64,000 nucleotides of DNA. Origin: Klebsormidium nitens (lineage: Eukaryota > Plantae > Klebsormidiophyceae). Where the stretch lies: positions 8,481-72,480 of the forward strand of contig DF237424.1 of assembly GCA_000708835.1 (NCBI GenBank). Reading direction: 5' to 3'. The stretch's first letter is position 1, and each line of letters opens with the position of its first letter. Below the pieces are notes generated by a model. That model saw nothing but the letters and a program-made list of their open reading frames with translations. It did no database searches and was not told the DNA's origin. This document shows positions 1 through 16,176 of this stretch, one piece after another. Both the position numbers and the translations under genes were made by a program.

Positions 1-472
1 CAATGGGTTTGTTCCTGCGCACCAGGATTTCTGTTCGTCACCAAGAAAATGCAGATGCGTCCTACGTTTCAACTTTCACGTTGCATGCTCTGAGTCTGAC
101 TTCTGAAAAGATGCAGCTCAACCTTTAACTCTTGCAACCATTTTTGAACTTGTTCAATGTCCGCCGCCGCAAGGCCTCCATCACGAGACTTTGCATCAGG
201 GGCTATCAGTATATCCTGTGGAGGCCCTGTAGACAAGCACTTTCTCGGTAATGGTTTTGCTTCCCTAGAACTTTCCAGAGAATCTCTCTAGCTGTGCAAT
301 TCTGCATCCTCTTCCAATTTCAGCACAGGCGCTCCAACAAAGCAACAACAAGCTGCAACGAAATCCGCTTTTGCCACATTCCAAGCCGAAGCGCCCCCCA
401 AAAGTAGAACGCATACTCTGAAGCCAGCGTCTTCCTGACGACTCTTCGTCAAGTTGCTCGAACAGCGTCAGA

Positions 473-2820
473 ATGGCGTGCATTGCGGCTCTGCAGAGTG
501 CGGGAGTGGTTATGCAGAAGTCTTTGACCACCTTGCCAGCGTGCTCCTCTACCAACATCAGGAGCTTTGCGGCCTTCACTGGCCTGAGAAAGGACCCTTT
601 TGCTGCCACATCACGGGCCTCAGCGAGGACTGTGCACAGGCGGCAGTCTGGGGTGCGAGCGTCTACAGCAGTGAGCACCAAGGTGAGCTTGCAGAGGATG
701 TTTTAAGGGCTTGACGAATGCCGTGTATCTGTAATATTAGGATCCGTAGCACTCTTCAATTGTCTCGAGAAGCATGAGCTGAAATTTTCACGAAAAATTC
801 ATGATTGCAGTCGCTGACAAGAAGAATAAAAATGCATATTGCACACAATGCAAAGTTCCTCTAGGAACATCCTGCAAAGGGCGGGTAGAAGTGATGGTAC
901 TCCAGAGGCCATCAGCACTTGCATCGCATGTGCTATATCCTACCGGAGGCTGTGTCAACCTTTACCAAGAGCGGCTGCTACATGTGCTGAACCCTGACTT
1001 CAGATGCCGCGCTTTGCCTTCTCGGGTTGATTGAATGAACACTTTATACTGCGCACAATCTGCAGTTCACAACTATCAAGCCTGTGGGGGACCGCATTCT
1101 GGTGAAGAAAGAGAAGGCTCAGGAGAAGACCAGTGGTGGCATTCTGCTCCCGTCCACAGCACAGAACAAGCCTACTTCTGGTTCAGTTGTGGCACTTGGC
1201 GAGGGGAAAACTCTGCCAAATGGAAAGAAGATTGAAGTTGGGCTTTCGGTAAGTTGCCCGAGCATGTTCTGTTCACAATGATGTCAATGCCAACCTAGGG
1301 ATTTACTCCTGATCTATGTGACTGGTTGGAGCCTTTTGCAAATCTTCATTGGACGAGTTACCAAAGCTGTTGTGAGCCATCGCCATGAAGTCAGTTCAGA
1401 TTCAAACGACGACCACCTTTGATCGCCAATTGAGGCAAAAAACACCGGTTGCAAGTGCGGTTCACACATTTCAACGTCGGAGAATATCCGTGGCTGTTTC
1501 CACATCCTGGCTGGCATGCGCCGTAACAGTTCGTTTTCTGCACTCCACTCCCAGCCAATCAAGGCTTGCCTTAGCTGAAAGGCATCAATGTGCTGGTGCA
1601 GACTGGCAGCAAGGTAATCTACTCCAGATATGCGGGTACCGAGGTTGAGTTCCAGGGAGAGGAGCACCTCATCCTGAAGGAGGAAGATGTGATTGGGCTG
1701 TTGGACTCAGATGATGTGAAGGACATGAAGCCCCTCGGAGATAGAGTTCTGATTAAGGTAAGTGATTTCTCAGTTCGACGCGGACTAATCCCGTGTTTCC
1801 TAGTGGCCACTGCCGTTTGATTGGAGGAAACTTACTTTCAATGTAAACTTGGGAAGTCGAGATTGCAGCTGTCACAACAAGCAAGGTTGCTCTCTGAGTG
1901 CCGCCTGTCTTTCTCAAAACACGTTGACAAGGAACTGTGTCTTTCATAGCGGTTGTTCTGGCGGTTCTCGTGTATGGATGTGGAAGCGCCTCTCTTTCAC
2001 ATATGGAAAAGGAAGTCTCAATCACATGAGATTGCATGAGTTTCGACAGCTTTGTGCACATACTAGCGGTCTAGTTTGAAGCTACGTTGCTAGGTCAAGG
2101 GTGATTTACGAAGCCGTTATTGAAGCGAAGATAGTAAGTCACATGTGTAACTCTTCCTGCTCTGGTCGACAGGTAGCTGCTGCTGAGGAGAAGACCCAGG
2201 GGGGGATCATCTTGACGGATAGCACAAAAGAAAAGCCAGTTATTGGAACGGTGAGCCATGCACCTTAATGTGAATGCTTGAATGTCTTCCACTTTTGGCC
2301 GACTACTGATTGGAAAGCTTCCCAACCGTCTCTCTGGAAAGCTTCCTAACCGTTTGCTCAAGTTTGGAATGCTTTTGTAGACCATAGTCGTCCTGGAATT
2401 CTGAATTTTGTCCAACAAGCATAGTTACATCTGTTTCTGAACGACTTCTCGCATCGGGAAACGGCCTCTGGCGTAGTCGGTTTCACGTTTTTGGGGTCTC
2501 TAGACATGCCTGTATCAGTTGTGCCGATTACAAGTATGGCGAAGGTCTTGCAGCGTTCTGTCTCCGTCATCAGGATTCCAGACTCAAAAGGTCTCTTCTG
2601 TTGGTGGGAGCATACAATATCAAGTCGCTCGCTTTTGCTCTGTTAGGTTGCCGCTGCGGGACCCGGCCCCCTCGACGAGGAGGGCAACAGGAAGGGCCTT
2701 GATCTGAAGGAGGGCAGCACAGTTCTCTACTCGAAGTACGCCGGCACCGAGATGAAGGGCAAAGACGACTCCGCTTATGTCGTTATGAGAGCACAAGACG
2801 TCCTTGCTGTGCTCTCATAA
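473..2820 (+). CDS. CPN20: Chloroplast co-chaperonin CPN20 (transit peptide plus two tandem GroES domains), 5 exons
   Basis: Exons 473-682, 1066-1248, 1602-1757, 2173-2250 and 2647-2820, all GT-AG and in phase. Ser/Ala/Arg-rich leader, then IKPVGDRILVK..KTSGGILLP..VIYSRYAGTE and a second domain KPLGDRVLIKV..KTQGGIILT..VLYSKYAGTE ending QDVLAVLS*. Confidence 0.96.
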
Positions 2821-3738
2821 ACGTCAGAATCATTATAGACAGGAATTAAGCATAATCTACCAGTTCATCAATGTATCATTGCCGGACGTGTACTCGGGGG
2901 ACAGTTTTGGTCTGACAGTGATAAAATATAGACTCGAGTGCTGGCATGTGAAGCCAGCTGTTGATTGGAAGTTAAGCTTCATGAGTCGGGCCGACATGGC
3001 CCAAAAGCTGAACGATTATAACGTTGCTAGGGCCGGCCTGCATGACCCCAATTCTTGCCAATGCAAGTTCTTTCCTAATGGCGGCGGTCGTGGCTATCTC
3101 AGACGAGGGCACACCAAACCTTTAGCTTAAGTATCCAAATCAAGTTTATCGCATGGCGGCCGCACTCATGTCGAATCAATATTGTCAAGATCGTTCTTGT
3201 GACGATAATTGACGGCACTCACGTTCAATTGATAGCTATCATCCACGACGGTTGACGTCATGCCCAGCTGGTGTGTGTAGGTCATGGACCATATACCCCA
3301 GCCTGTATGTACGCATAGATATCTGGCATGGGACCGTCAGTTTGCATACATTAGTACGTGGTGCCAGGAATCATAGGATCCGACATAATGGTCGATCGTC
3401 CAGCGCGCGCGGCCGGTCGACCATCTAGATAAGATGGAGACACGAACAGGCCATGTTGGTAATCATTCTAAAGATAGCAAAGACATGCCACACCAGGCGG
3501 AGAATGACAAATGTGGGCCGGAAGCCAAAAGCTACTTAGGCATGCCGAGGAGATGCTGAAAATACATTCCCAATTCGAATTGTTCCGAGACGCCATCAGC
3601 GCGGTTGTTACGGTTGAAAGAAAGGCAGCATTCGTACATGCTCTCCGCCTTGCCAGGCAAGAACTGGACCTAAATCCAGACGCACCCTTGAAATCCGATT
3701 GAAGCGGATCAGGAGGGCTACCCGATAGCCACTGTCCA

Positions 3739-6700
3739 CTACGTCACAGTCATAGATGAGCCATTGTCATTGACATTGATGCTCAGAATCAGGTCTGCGG
3801 CGTCCCGTGACCTGCATGACAAGCAAAAGCATGACTCCTCAGGAACACACTAGCAGTATGACGTTCGTTAAGATTTGCAATCTAAAGAAAATGTGGCTCC
3901 TTGGTGGCAGTTGCTTTTGCGTGCAAGCTCAAAACAGGGCCTTGCGGAAGCTGAATGTCAGGCGTGAATTTCAAAGCTCGACAAATCGATTGACTGTCCA
4001 CTCTCCGGCCAACCTTTCTCTCATACCCGGGCGCTGCTCTTCCTTTTGTGTGCGTTCCCGAAACACAGATATGCGGGTTACATGCTGGATTCCGAATGCG
4101 ATCCCAAATCCGCGCAGAGATCGGGGCAGAAATTCGTGGGAGTGAGGCAGATTCAAGAGAAATCTAGGAAATAGCCGCATTCTGAAGCCTGACTTGCTGA
4201 AAGACGCCTATTTCGGATAGTCCGTCCTGAAACTGTCGCCTCAGAACCTCGTCAAGCGAACGAACCGAGCTAAAAGCCGGGTCTGAGTCAAGGTTCTTAC
4301 CACGTGTCCGGTGTCTGGTACATGGACGCGGACGATCCGAAGCAGGACTGCAGCATGTCCGTGTTGATGACCCCCGGGTTCAGAGCCACTGCTATGCAGC
4401 CACGTGGCAGCTCCCGGGCCAAGGAGCGGGACATGCCCTCGACGCCCCACTTGGTGGTGCAGTACGGAGCAACCTGCGGTGAAAGTCGGAGCAGTGTTCA
4501 AGAAGGGTTCAGGGTAATTCCTGTCAAACTTCGACCGTTGATTAGGGTGCAAGTATCAGACATGGAAAGCTTTCTGGCTGCGGATCAGCCGTCCGAATCC
4601 AAATAGACGACGAAGGGTGGCCGTCGTGAGCGCCCTACCTTCAACGTATCAAATTGACGTATCAAACTCCAAAAAGCCAACCGCTGGTTTTTGCTGGTGA
4701 GCCTTACTAGCGGACCGCATGCTGACGAAGTAGGACCACGGGAGAGGTTCGAAAGGCAGGCACTTTCAAATCGATCGACGGGAGAGCTTGGTGTGCAAGG
4801 GGAGGGCTTCCAAAGAAAAGAGAGGGTGGTCGGGTTCGCAGAGGAGTAAACGAACGTCCCTTTGCCGAGGGGTCCTTCAGTGAGGGTCCTGACTAGCTCA
4901 GGCCACCTTCTGAAAGAGCGCTTCAGTAGTCGAAAGCGCTCCACAAACGCAAACTACACGCTACAGACCAAGTCTAGCGTTGCTTGGAGCATCAACAGAG
5001 TCGTCAACAATTTCTCGAGCTCAGAGACGGAACTGTGATTCAACCCGCCGACTAGAAGCGGCGAGCATAAGAAGGAAGGTGGCTCTAATAAGGACTTGGT
5101 TCCCATGCCACTTACGTCTGGCGCTGCGCTCCGGCCCCACCCCGACGACATGTTTACAATGACGCCCTTCTGCTTCGCGACCATGTGAGGAACAAAGTGC
5201 CTGAAAGCGGAGACAAGCAACGAGATCGTTTGAATTGCTTTTGTAAATCTTCAAAGTTTGCAAGATTGTTTGAATTGCTTTTGTAGATCTTCAGAGTGTG
5301 CATCTTCGGACAAATCTCCTGTGTCACCAGATTGTCAACAGCTTGAACGGCCAAGGACATACTCGGGCACCTTACCCTCGCACCCAAGATGATGCACGGC
5401 CAGTCTGCAATTCAAAAGGTGCGAAGCTTGCGGAAGTCGACGTTATATCCAAGTCCCGGCCTTTGTGGGAGCTATCGAACCATCCGTGGAAAGGAACATC
5501 TTGGGTGCGAGACTAAGGGGGCCCGAGATAGGATTCTATCTCACCGTTTCTCATAGACTGCATCTACTGTGCTCCAGCTGAGTGCTGATCTGACCTGGCT
5601 TTTAATAATCACAGTCGAAATGAGCATCTGCACAGGGGGCTCGTCGAACTACGGAGGCCATTGGGGCTGCCAAAGCATTGGGGCCTTATTTCGTTTGCAG
5701 GACTGCGAAACGTCAGGGTTGACAGCACACAGTCTTCGCCTCTCCACCGAGCTTATCACAAGACGAAACCGTTCTGACGCCCTTTATTCATGATTTCCAG
5801 ACAGCTACCGCTTTGGCTTGAAGAATCGGTTCACGGGCGACATACCTGATAACGTTGGCCGTCCCTTTTATGTTGACGTCAATGACCGCATCAAACTCCT
5901 CAACGGGTACCTCCCACAGCGGTGCGTTCTTGTTGATGAGCCCAGCGTTATTTACTGCAGGCGACCCACGTACATCAAATGAAACGCCTGCGCTTTGATT
6001 GTGGGCCAAAAAGCAATCCCACGTGTAGTTACGTTTTAATACAGAGTCGAATGAGAAACGGATGGGAGAAAAAAGGGGTTCTCACCAAGGATGTCTGGAA
6101 CTCCGAACCTTTCGACAGTGGCGTCGGCCCAGCTCTTCACCTCCTTGTCGGCCGCCTACATGAAAACGCTGGATTGCGTTCAGGATTCTCCCACTGTTCC
6201 TTGTCAATGAGTAGGGCTGTCGAAAGGAGCCAATCAGCATACGGAGAATGATACCGACGCCCTTGCTTCGAAGTTGGGCGCTGCAGGCTTTCAAAGGGGG
6301 GACGCAATTTTCGAGGTGGTGACTATCCGACGACTTGCGGCAGATTGCACATCAAACAGACCGGACGTCTTCTGACAGGACAGCAACTTGTTAGGCAACT
6401 TACCACATCCACCGCTGAAAACGAGTGTCGATCACCTAGCCTGTCCGCAAGTTCTTTCACAGCTGCTTCCGATCGTGCACAACCTTGAAGGGGAGGAGTT
6501 GCGTACATCAGTGCATTGGAAAGCTTGCGTTCTCTAGCGGCTCAAAAGCACATAGATTCAATGTCCTGGCCCTTCTCAAATCGATGCAAGCAAATTTGCA
6601 TTGCAGGTTGTGAAGCCCAACTCTGTTAAGGATTGCACTGGACGGAGGGGAAGCCTGCCATAACACCGTGATATCTTTGGAGGTTGATAAGGAATTTGTG

Positions 6701-7713
6701 ACGGAACATCCTGATTGGTTCCCTTGGAGAGCCTCACCTACGACAGTGTGTCCCCGAGACGCAAGTTCCACCGCCAACGATTGGCCCTGCCCATGTCAGA
6801 ATACAAGTGCCAATGTTTACAGAAGACAAGGTGGAAAAAATTTTGTGTGCAAAGAGAAGATATGATGATCATGTTGTCTCCACGACAGCATTCGTTCTAT
6901 CCCAGACCCTTGCAGCTGCTCTAGTACAAAAGTCCCATGACACACATGATGTGATTGAGCAGGGTCAGAATTTTGGTCACATGATGGTTCTTATGCTGAT
7001 CGTTGAGCGTCATTGCGGGGTGTAGCAAACCAAGCCTTGAGGGGCCTAAGAGCTTCAGGTAGAGGACCACTCACCAGGCCCTTGCTCACCCCCGTCACAA
7101 CAATAACCTTACCTGGGCAATGTAATCGCGTCAATGAGAAGATGCATACCCAGGTGCAGGAAACGAAGGCATCAAGCCCCAAGGGCCTGGCTAGTGCTCA
7201 AACATGCTTTCAAAATACATGATTGTACAGGCGCAATGCATTGCGCTCTTCACTTGAATTGGGCAAGCATGGTCAAGCTGAACTCTCAGTTTAAGGCATG
7301 CTACTGACTCCGTTCTCGAAGACTTTATATTCCTGCCTTGTTGAGTCCTCACCATCTTGCGGAGTGTCGCCCCCAGCCCCCATGCTTCGGGCCAGTGGCG
7401 GTCTCCGGCCCCCTTGCGTGAATTGCCAATTTCCTCCGGTAAGACCCTTTGAAGAGAACAATTGGCTACAGGTACGCAGCCCTAGGTCTCCTAAACACGG
7501 CTCAGAAGCATTTGAGCATGCATAGCCAGCATAAGACAGCTGCCTGCGGCGTATGGATGATGACAGGAGTACCGATTCTACGGAGCGAAAGCAGCTTACT
7601 GTGTGGCAAGATTTTGCTTCCAAACAGGGGGCTTCCCTCTTCGTTAAGCGGGGGCAGAATGCTGACCCCAGCTGCGATCTCAAAGGCGAATGAGCCGCCT
7701 TTGCTGCGGCCAT
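3739..7713 (-). CDS. Classical short-chain dehydrogenase/reductase, similar to plant NADPH-dependent pterin aldehyde reductase (Arabidopsis At1g10310 type), 9 exons
   Basis: Phase-consistent exons 7713-7353, 7112-7075, 6786-6738, 6483-6404, 6155-6086, 5954-5846, 5200-5116, 4473-4301 and 3811-3739. Motifs TGVSKGLG, NNAG, VNMSSGWGRS, catalytic YCTTK and ALNPGVINTDMLQSCFG. The start may be 7713 or the in-frame ATG at 7383. Confidence 0.92.
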
Positions 7714-8307
7714 GGTCCCATTGCAATTTGAATGCGGTCCTCTTGTCTCGTGACTCAGAGCTCTGTGAAGTCCACACCATTTCTACCTAATAAACCTTTT
7801 TTGGGGGGCGCAACACGGCCAGCACTGCGATACCGTATGTACTCCTCGATAAATGTCTCGGTCAAGGACACTCCAAGTTACCGTAGACCAGACTTGCACA
7901 AACCCCCGTTTGAATTGTTCCACAGGGCCACATCGAACTCCGTCGATCGCCTCATGCGGGCCGCGGAAGCAGCTTTTGGTTCGACATCGAATCTAAACTA
8001 GAAACCCCGATTTCTGAACCACATTTTAACCCGGCAAGGAGAAGTGCTGTTAACAAAACCTGCAATGAAGGAGACGAAGCGGGCGTATATTGAACTTGAA
8101 GCGCAGCTGAAGCCTGAGCTGTCCTAGCCTGATTGCCAGCTGAAGTCTGCCAGTGCAAGGACGATCTCCACAATCTAGCGCCCTGGTTGCTGCTTTGCCA
8201 CTGTGTCTCCAAGCAGCAGCTCGCAAAGCATTTGTACGCTCTTGAAACACTCAGCTGGTTGCTTGCACTCTCCAATCGCCTCGTGCGCATCGGCAGACTC
8301 AGTCAAG

Positions 8308-10964
<2,657 letters not shown>

Positions 10965-11618
10965 TTTGGAAGCCGCAACAAGCAGTTGCAGTGGCAAAGC
11001 GCCTCTTTGTTGCAAGCAGTTCCGCTTACGTAGACTTGTAATCGAATGTCATTGCTTGCATATGTGTACAGAGATACTTACTTTGTTACAGAAACACTCC
11101 TTTCGACCTGGTAAACATAAACGAAACATGTGTGTCAGTATATTTTCATTCTCTTCCAGTCTATGCTGGCTTCACCAACCATGCTACGGCGGTATTGCTA
11201 ACTGCAAATCCTCGAGCCGTGTACTCATCCTAAAGCTTGTAGAGGAGGGGTTGGCAGCGAGAAATTGCATGAGAGCGAGCAGTCATTGCTGCTTCGTTTG
11301 TACAAGAGCGCGGCTAGGTGCCAGGTCACAGTATACGTTAAATTGCCACACAACAGGTACGACCGGCCATGCAATCTGACGTGCACAAGCTAATGACTTG
11401 ATTCAATCGCGGCCCAGACTCGATGAGCTAGTAAGTTATTGGGGGCGCGGCGCGCCCGGTGCTGTGCTCGCTCGCTTTACATGTCACTGCGCGCGCTGCA
11501 ATCATTGGATCTGAAACACTCCGATCCAGGCCTGCATGCACTTCATCGATCCATGTAGTCGAATATAGCATGGGTTGATTGATCCATATTTGACCGTCAG
11601 ACTATAGCTAGCAATTCC

Positions 11619-11881
11619 GTACCAGCGTTTATTTTCGTCGGTATGGGTGCCGAATTTTACAATCGATCATGGACATTTCGGCGGCGTGTCCCATATTTCT
11701 GACATTTCGTAAAATTGTGGCATTCCTCTGCTAAAGATGACCATTTAGTACCAGCCTTTACCGGGCCCTCAAATATATTATTCGACCTTTTCGTCATCCA
11801 AGAAAAACAACTTCCTAAACTTTCGGCAGCCCAAATAATCATCTATCTAAAAACGATCCGACTCGAATAAAACGCTGGTAC
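11619..11881. repeat. Diverged inverted repeat, possible MITE remnant
   Basis: gtaccagcgttt at 11619-11630 is the exact reverse complement of aaacgctggtac at 11870-11881. Weaker inward similarity (tcgg/ccga; tgggtgccgaa versus ttcggcagccca). Confidence 0.5.
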
Positions 11882-12665
11882 TAACGGTAGCTGTGATTTA
11901 TGCAAAAGTTCCTACGATCAAGTGCACTGTAACTGCCAAGTATCTGCATCACATATGGCGGCATATGGGCGCTTACTACTTAATCGAACCAGTAGCTGAT
12001 CATGTGATCAGAGTTGGCCAAGACTTGGCTCGCACTGCAGCTCCAGCGATCTCCGCCGGGAGCGAGTAGCACAATCGAATAAAAGCAAACGAGATCAGTG
12101 ACGACGTACGGTATGCTGGAAAGTGCACACGTGAGTGCTTTCATGTTTCTTCGATTGTTTATTTCACATTCGGGTGTTCTTGTGACGATCTGAATGTCAC
12201 TCCGACGGCCCTTTCAAAGACGATCCGACATTCTTTCGTAGTACATGTGTCGGACTCCACGTAAATATACAATTGCAGTATATGCTAGCTATTCCAATCG
12301 AACTTCGGAATGTTTGCATGGACAACTACGTTACTCTAACGTCAGATATGGCTGCTGGAAACTGATCAAACGCATGCTGATATCTTAGTAATCCACCTCG
12401 AGAACAGGAGCGTGCAACTTGACGGAAGACAGCTCACGAGAATTTTCTGCTGAAAGAGGCGCACTTTCCGTTATCACTTAAGCGACTGTTAAAAAAAGTC
12501 CGGAATTCGACAAACTGTTCTAGCAGCCTTTCGTAAAAGCAAGCAACTTAGTGACTTCCTAATCCAGTCTTGCTGCTGTACACAAACAACTTCGAGCTCG
12601 GGTCATCAAACTAAAGTCTATATACCCCATACAAAGTTTCCGATTTGATCTATAGATGTCAAAAT

Positions 12666-15600
12666 TCACTCCCTTTTTGATGTTCGCTTCACAGGCTTCT
12701 TCTGGCCTGCCAAGCGGGCTTTTCTTTGTCGGAACAAGTACAGGTACAGGTTGAGCCAAAGGAAAGGATACACGAGAAGGACGCCCTGGATGAAGAAAGA
12801 GAGAGCTACCATTCAGATGGTTCCAAGTACAACTCTTCCAGTCAAACCTTAATATTTTCGCAGAGTAGGCATTATCGGCCCTGACGATCGGCAGAACCGG
12901 CCAATCCAACAGTCAAAGATCGAGTAACGAAGGTCGAAACTCGAAGGGTGGCGAACCTGACGCAAACAGCAGACTAATGATACCCAGGACTCAAGTGGTG
13001 TAGAGGAGGAGTCAGAGTCATCGAGCCCATTGCGTGTGATCCCCAATCCCTCCAGAGCCATAAAGCTTACCCAGAGGAACTCGTGATAGCCAAAGGGCAG
13101 ATGCTTGAAGTACTCCCCGTGCAAAGAGCGGTCCTTTATGTAGGGAAGGGCCTTATACATAAGAATCACTGCAAAAGGGCGAGGGCGACGAAACAATATT
13201 CATTTCCTCGTCCTGCTGAAAAGGCAAGATGCGTTTCAAAGATTCCTCGCCATCCGGATCTCAGGATGGTTTTCACAGCGGGAGTACATCCTCCAGAAAT
13301 AAGTGCCCGGTTCATCATAGGAAGGTGGTCCGAAGCAGAATGGCATACCAGGGATTGAAATGCAAGTGAGCAATAACCGGATCCTTCATCTCGCTTCATA
13401 TTGTATCCACTCTAATCTCTCAAACAAGAGAAATTGACCACCCGAGCCGCACCCGTGACCCGGCGCTTTTGACACCGACTGTTCAAACGGACTTCCCCCA
13501 TCTCGAAAACCGTTGGCCTAATAATGTTTCTCGAGCCTGATTACCAAGGTCCGCGTCCAATCAAGTTTGTCCAATCGAACGAACCCGAGCCAGGGCTCAA
13601 GTGAAACTTCGGACACTAAGTGAATCACCATCTGGAAGGTTGATCTCGACCAGCTGCACCATACTAGAACGGCAGCAAGCTGCTCTAAGTGGCGTTGGAC
13701 GTCGGACTCGCTGACGAAGCATTGAATCGGACTCAAGACCTGGGGACCTTACCTTCTCCGAGCACGCCTGCTGGGTACAGAGGGATGAAAGCCGTGTACC
13801 TGGACAACGAGAAGTGCACTGCTTGCTCTGATTTCGAGGCATTCGAACTTCCATTGCTGCCACTTCCGAAGGTCCTGCTGACTGGAGGTCTACCGAGAAG
13901 ACCCTCTAAATATGATGCCAACGTGGAGTGCCCTTCGAGTGGCCATTTCGTCGTCCAGTTTCGAACTCCCCTCTGAGGAACGGGAAACGGACGGCTTTGT
14001 GCTGTTCAAGGTTTGGGCTCTTGTGAGGAACGATGGCGCAAGCAGATTGGACACCCCTTTGCCTTAGGTTGAAGCTTTCCCGAAAGCGAGGGGGCACGCC
14101 GACATTTACGGGACGCTACTTACCGGAGCCATACCAGCCACCTAGGGCTAGCTTTGATGGTCGCCAGTGCGTTTTGGGGGTACCGGATGATCTGTAGCAC
14201 ACACAGCAGGACCACTCTGAACGACTGTACTTCAATTTAGTTTCTTTCCAATCTCTTCACTAAGCATGCAGGTCGCTGTTCAAAGACGAGAAGAGACTTT
14301 CATAACATCGATGATGAGAATTGATCCAAAAAACTTTAACCAACTTGTCAATCTCTGCTTATGTGGAACGGACAGCCACCGCCAGACCAAACGAGTACCT
14401 CACGAACTGTTTCAAGAATCTGACCTGAAACGAAGTACGGTCAGCCTTCTGATTTCGTAATTGACATAAATTGAGTCCACTTATTTTGGTGTTCAGTACT
14501 ATTGTAACTCACCTCAATCAAGGACCAAGCCAGGAGCATGATAGCGAGGGCCGGCTCGGATTGTAGCTGTACACATGGACGAGCGATCCAGTCAGAACCA
14601 GTGGTCGGCTGGCATACCAGGAATGTAGCACACGGCCATCCTCGAGAAACTTAACAGCGTTGTACGGATTTCGCATTACGTGACAACATCTTCCTGAGGA
14701 CTGCGCCTGCCCATATGGAATCAGTGAGTCGGAGCTGCAAAACTCTCTTCACAACGAGCCGCAGCTTCTTATAACCCAGTCTTGACGTGAACAGAACATG
14801 GGGTCGGAAAGACCAGTAATCTGTGTTTGTCACTAATGGATGCAACCAACGCACTCACCTCAGGGACTGAGCCAATGACTGCATAGTAGACATGTAGGCG
14901 GCCAAGCCATTGAAGCAGTGTGTTCAGGGTGCCGCTGCGGACAAGGCCTGCAAAACAGGAGCAGAAGAGACTTGGTTCAAGCCTAAAGGCCTTCTTTAAG
15001 TCCATTTTCCCCTTCTCTGCAAGGTTAGTGGTGTTGTGCCCTTCAATACAGTAACAAAATGCTTCAGAGGGGCCATTTGGACGCCATCTCAAAACGCAAG
15101 TGCGAAAGACTATTAACAGGACATAATGTCTAAGATGCCACAGGATTCTCATCTGTGCGGAACATCCGGAGGGATAAGACAGAGTACACGAGGGGTGAAA
15201 CTCTTACCCACTGCGGCATGAATAACTTCCAAGAAGGCGCCAAGCAGTAAGAATCCTGCCAGAGACAAGAAAAGCAGATCATGTCAATCTGATTCAGAAG
15301 AGATCAACAAGAAGCGTGCATATTGGGGACACAGACTCTGCACCAGGAACGCAACCACTTGCACCAGCCACCCACTGTTGTATAGCACCACCCCAATTGC
15401 GTTTCCACGTCCCAGTGACTCACGGCCTGGAGTTTCATTGCAGCCCCTTGGAGTTCAAACAAAGAGCTCAGTCAGTGGCCTCACCAACAACATCTTTGAC
15501 CACCGAGTATGACTGGTCAAACGAGCCTGTTTTGAAGTAGTTGTCAAGAAGCAGGACGGCAACATACAACCTGCATCAACAGAATAATATCCAGTCATTC

Positions 15601-16031
15601 TGCCACCTGAACATGGGTCCGTTGCATTGTATGAAATTGGACCTACTGGTGGCACCGTCCTGCCATCCAAAGTCATGGGCATTGAGAGGCAAAGCGAGAA
15701 TTAGTTGACAAGTGGTATCAATGAACGAGCTTACTTCGCTTGAATTTATGCAGGTTGCAATTTGAGACCAATGCCCAATTGAAACTAGTCTCTGAATCAT
15801 TGCTGAGGTGCTGCTGAGGTTCTGCATTGGAGCTCTGCTGAGCACCCCTGTTCAGAATCTTTGCACAAGTGATTGTGGTTGGCTGAGTGCCCGCGTCAAG
15901 TCATCTGCCATTTGACCAATTGGAGTCTTTAGCTTGCTCAGGCAAGTGCAAGGAATTGTGGGCTAAGAAACTCACCAACCAAGGGCCTGCAGAAAATTGT
16001 ATACCACCAGATAGGTTGCTTTGACCGCCAT
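12666..16031 (-). CDS. HACD: Very-long-chain 3-hydroxyacyl-CoA dehydratase (PTPLA/HACD/PHS1 family; resembles the At5g59770 branch more than PAS2), 9 exons
   Basis: Phase-consistent exons 16031-15976, 15570-15485, 15255-15208, 14947-14859, 14566-14513, 14191-14124, 13799-13753, 13168-13071 and 12785-12666. Translation MAVKATYLVVYNFLQALGW..FLEVIHAAVGLV..AWSLIEIIRYP..RYTAFIPLYPAGVLGE (catalytic Y and E)..MYKALPYIK..YPFLWLNLYLYLFRQRK..SKRE*. Confidence 0.93.
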
Positions 16032-16176
16032 TGCTGTGGCCCTCGTCTGCCCCTTCTACTTCAGGTTCCAACGAGAAATGCAATTTCGTCCAGGGCCACA
16101 GACACGCATGTTCGACTTTGTACTCTTATGCCAAGTTTATGTTGACATTATGTAAGATATTGAAGGAAGAGCGATC

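Noticed and set aside
90-232. Minus-strand stretch GPPQDILIAPDAKSRDGGLAAADIEQVQKWLQELK bounded by a plausible acceptor and donor
   Set aside because: It could be an exon of a gene divergent from CPN20, but there is no start, no homology I recognise and no downstream context in the window.
3511-3702. 63-aa helical-looking ORF between the CPN20 and SDR 3' ends
   Set aside because: Short, overlaps the expected SDR 3' UTR, and has no splice or family support.
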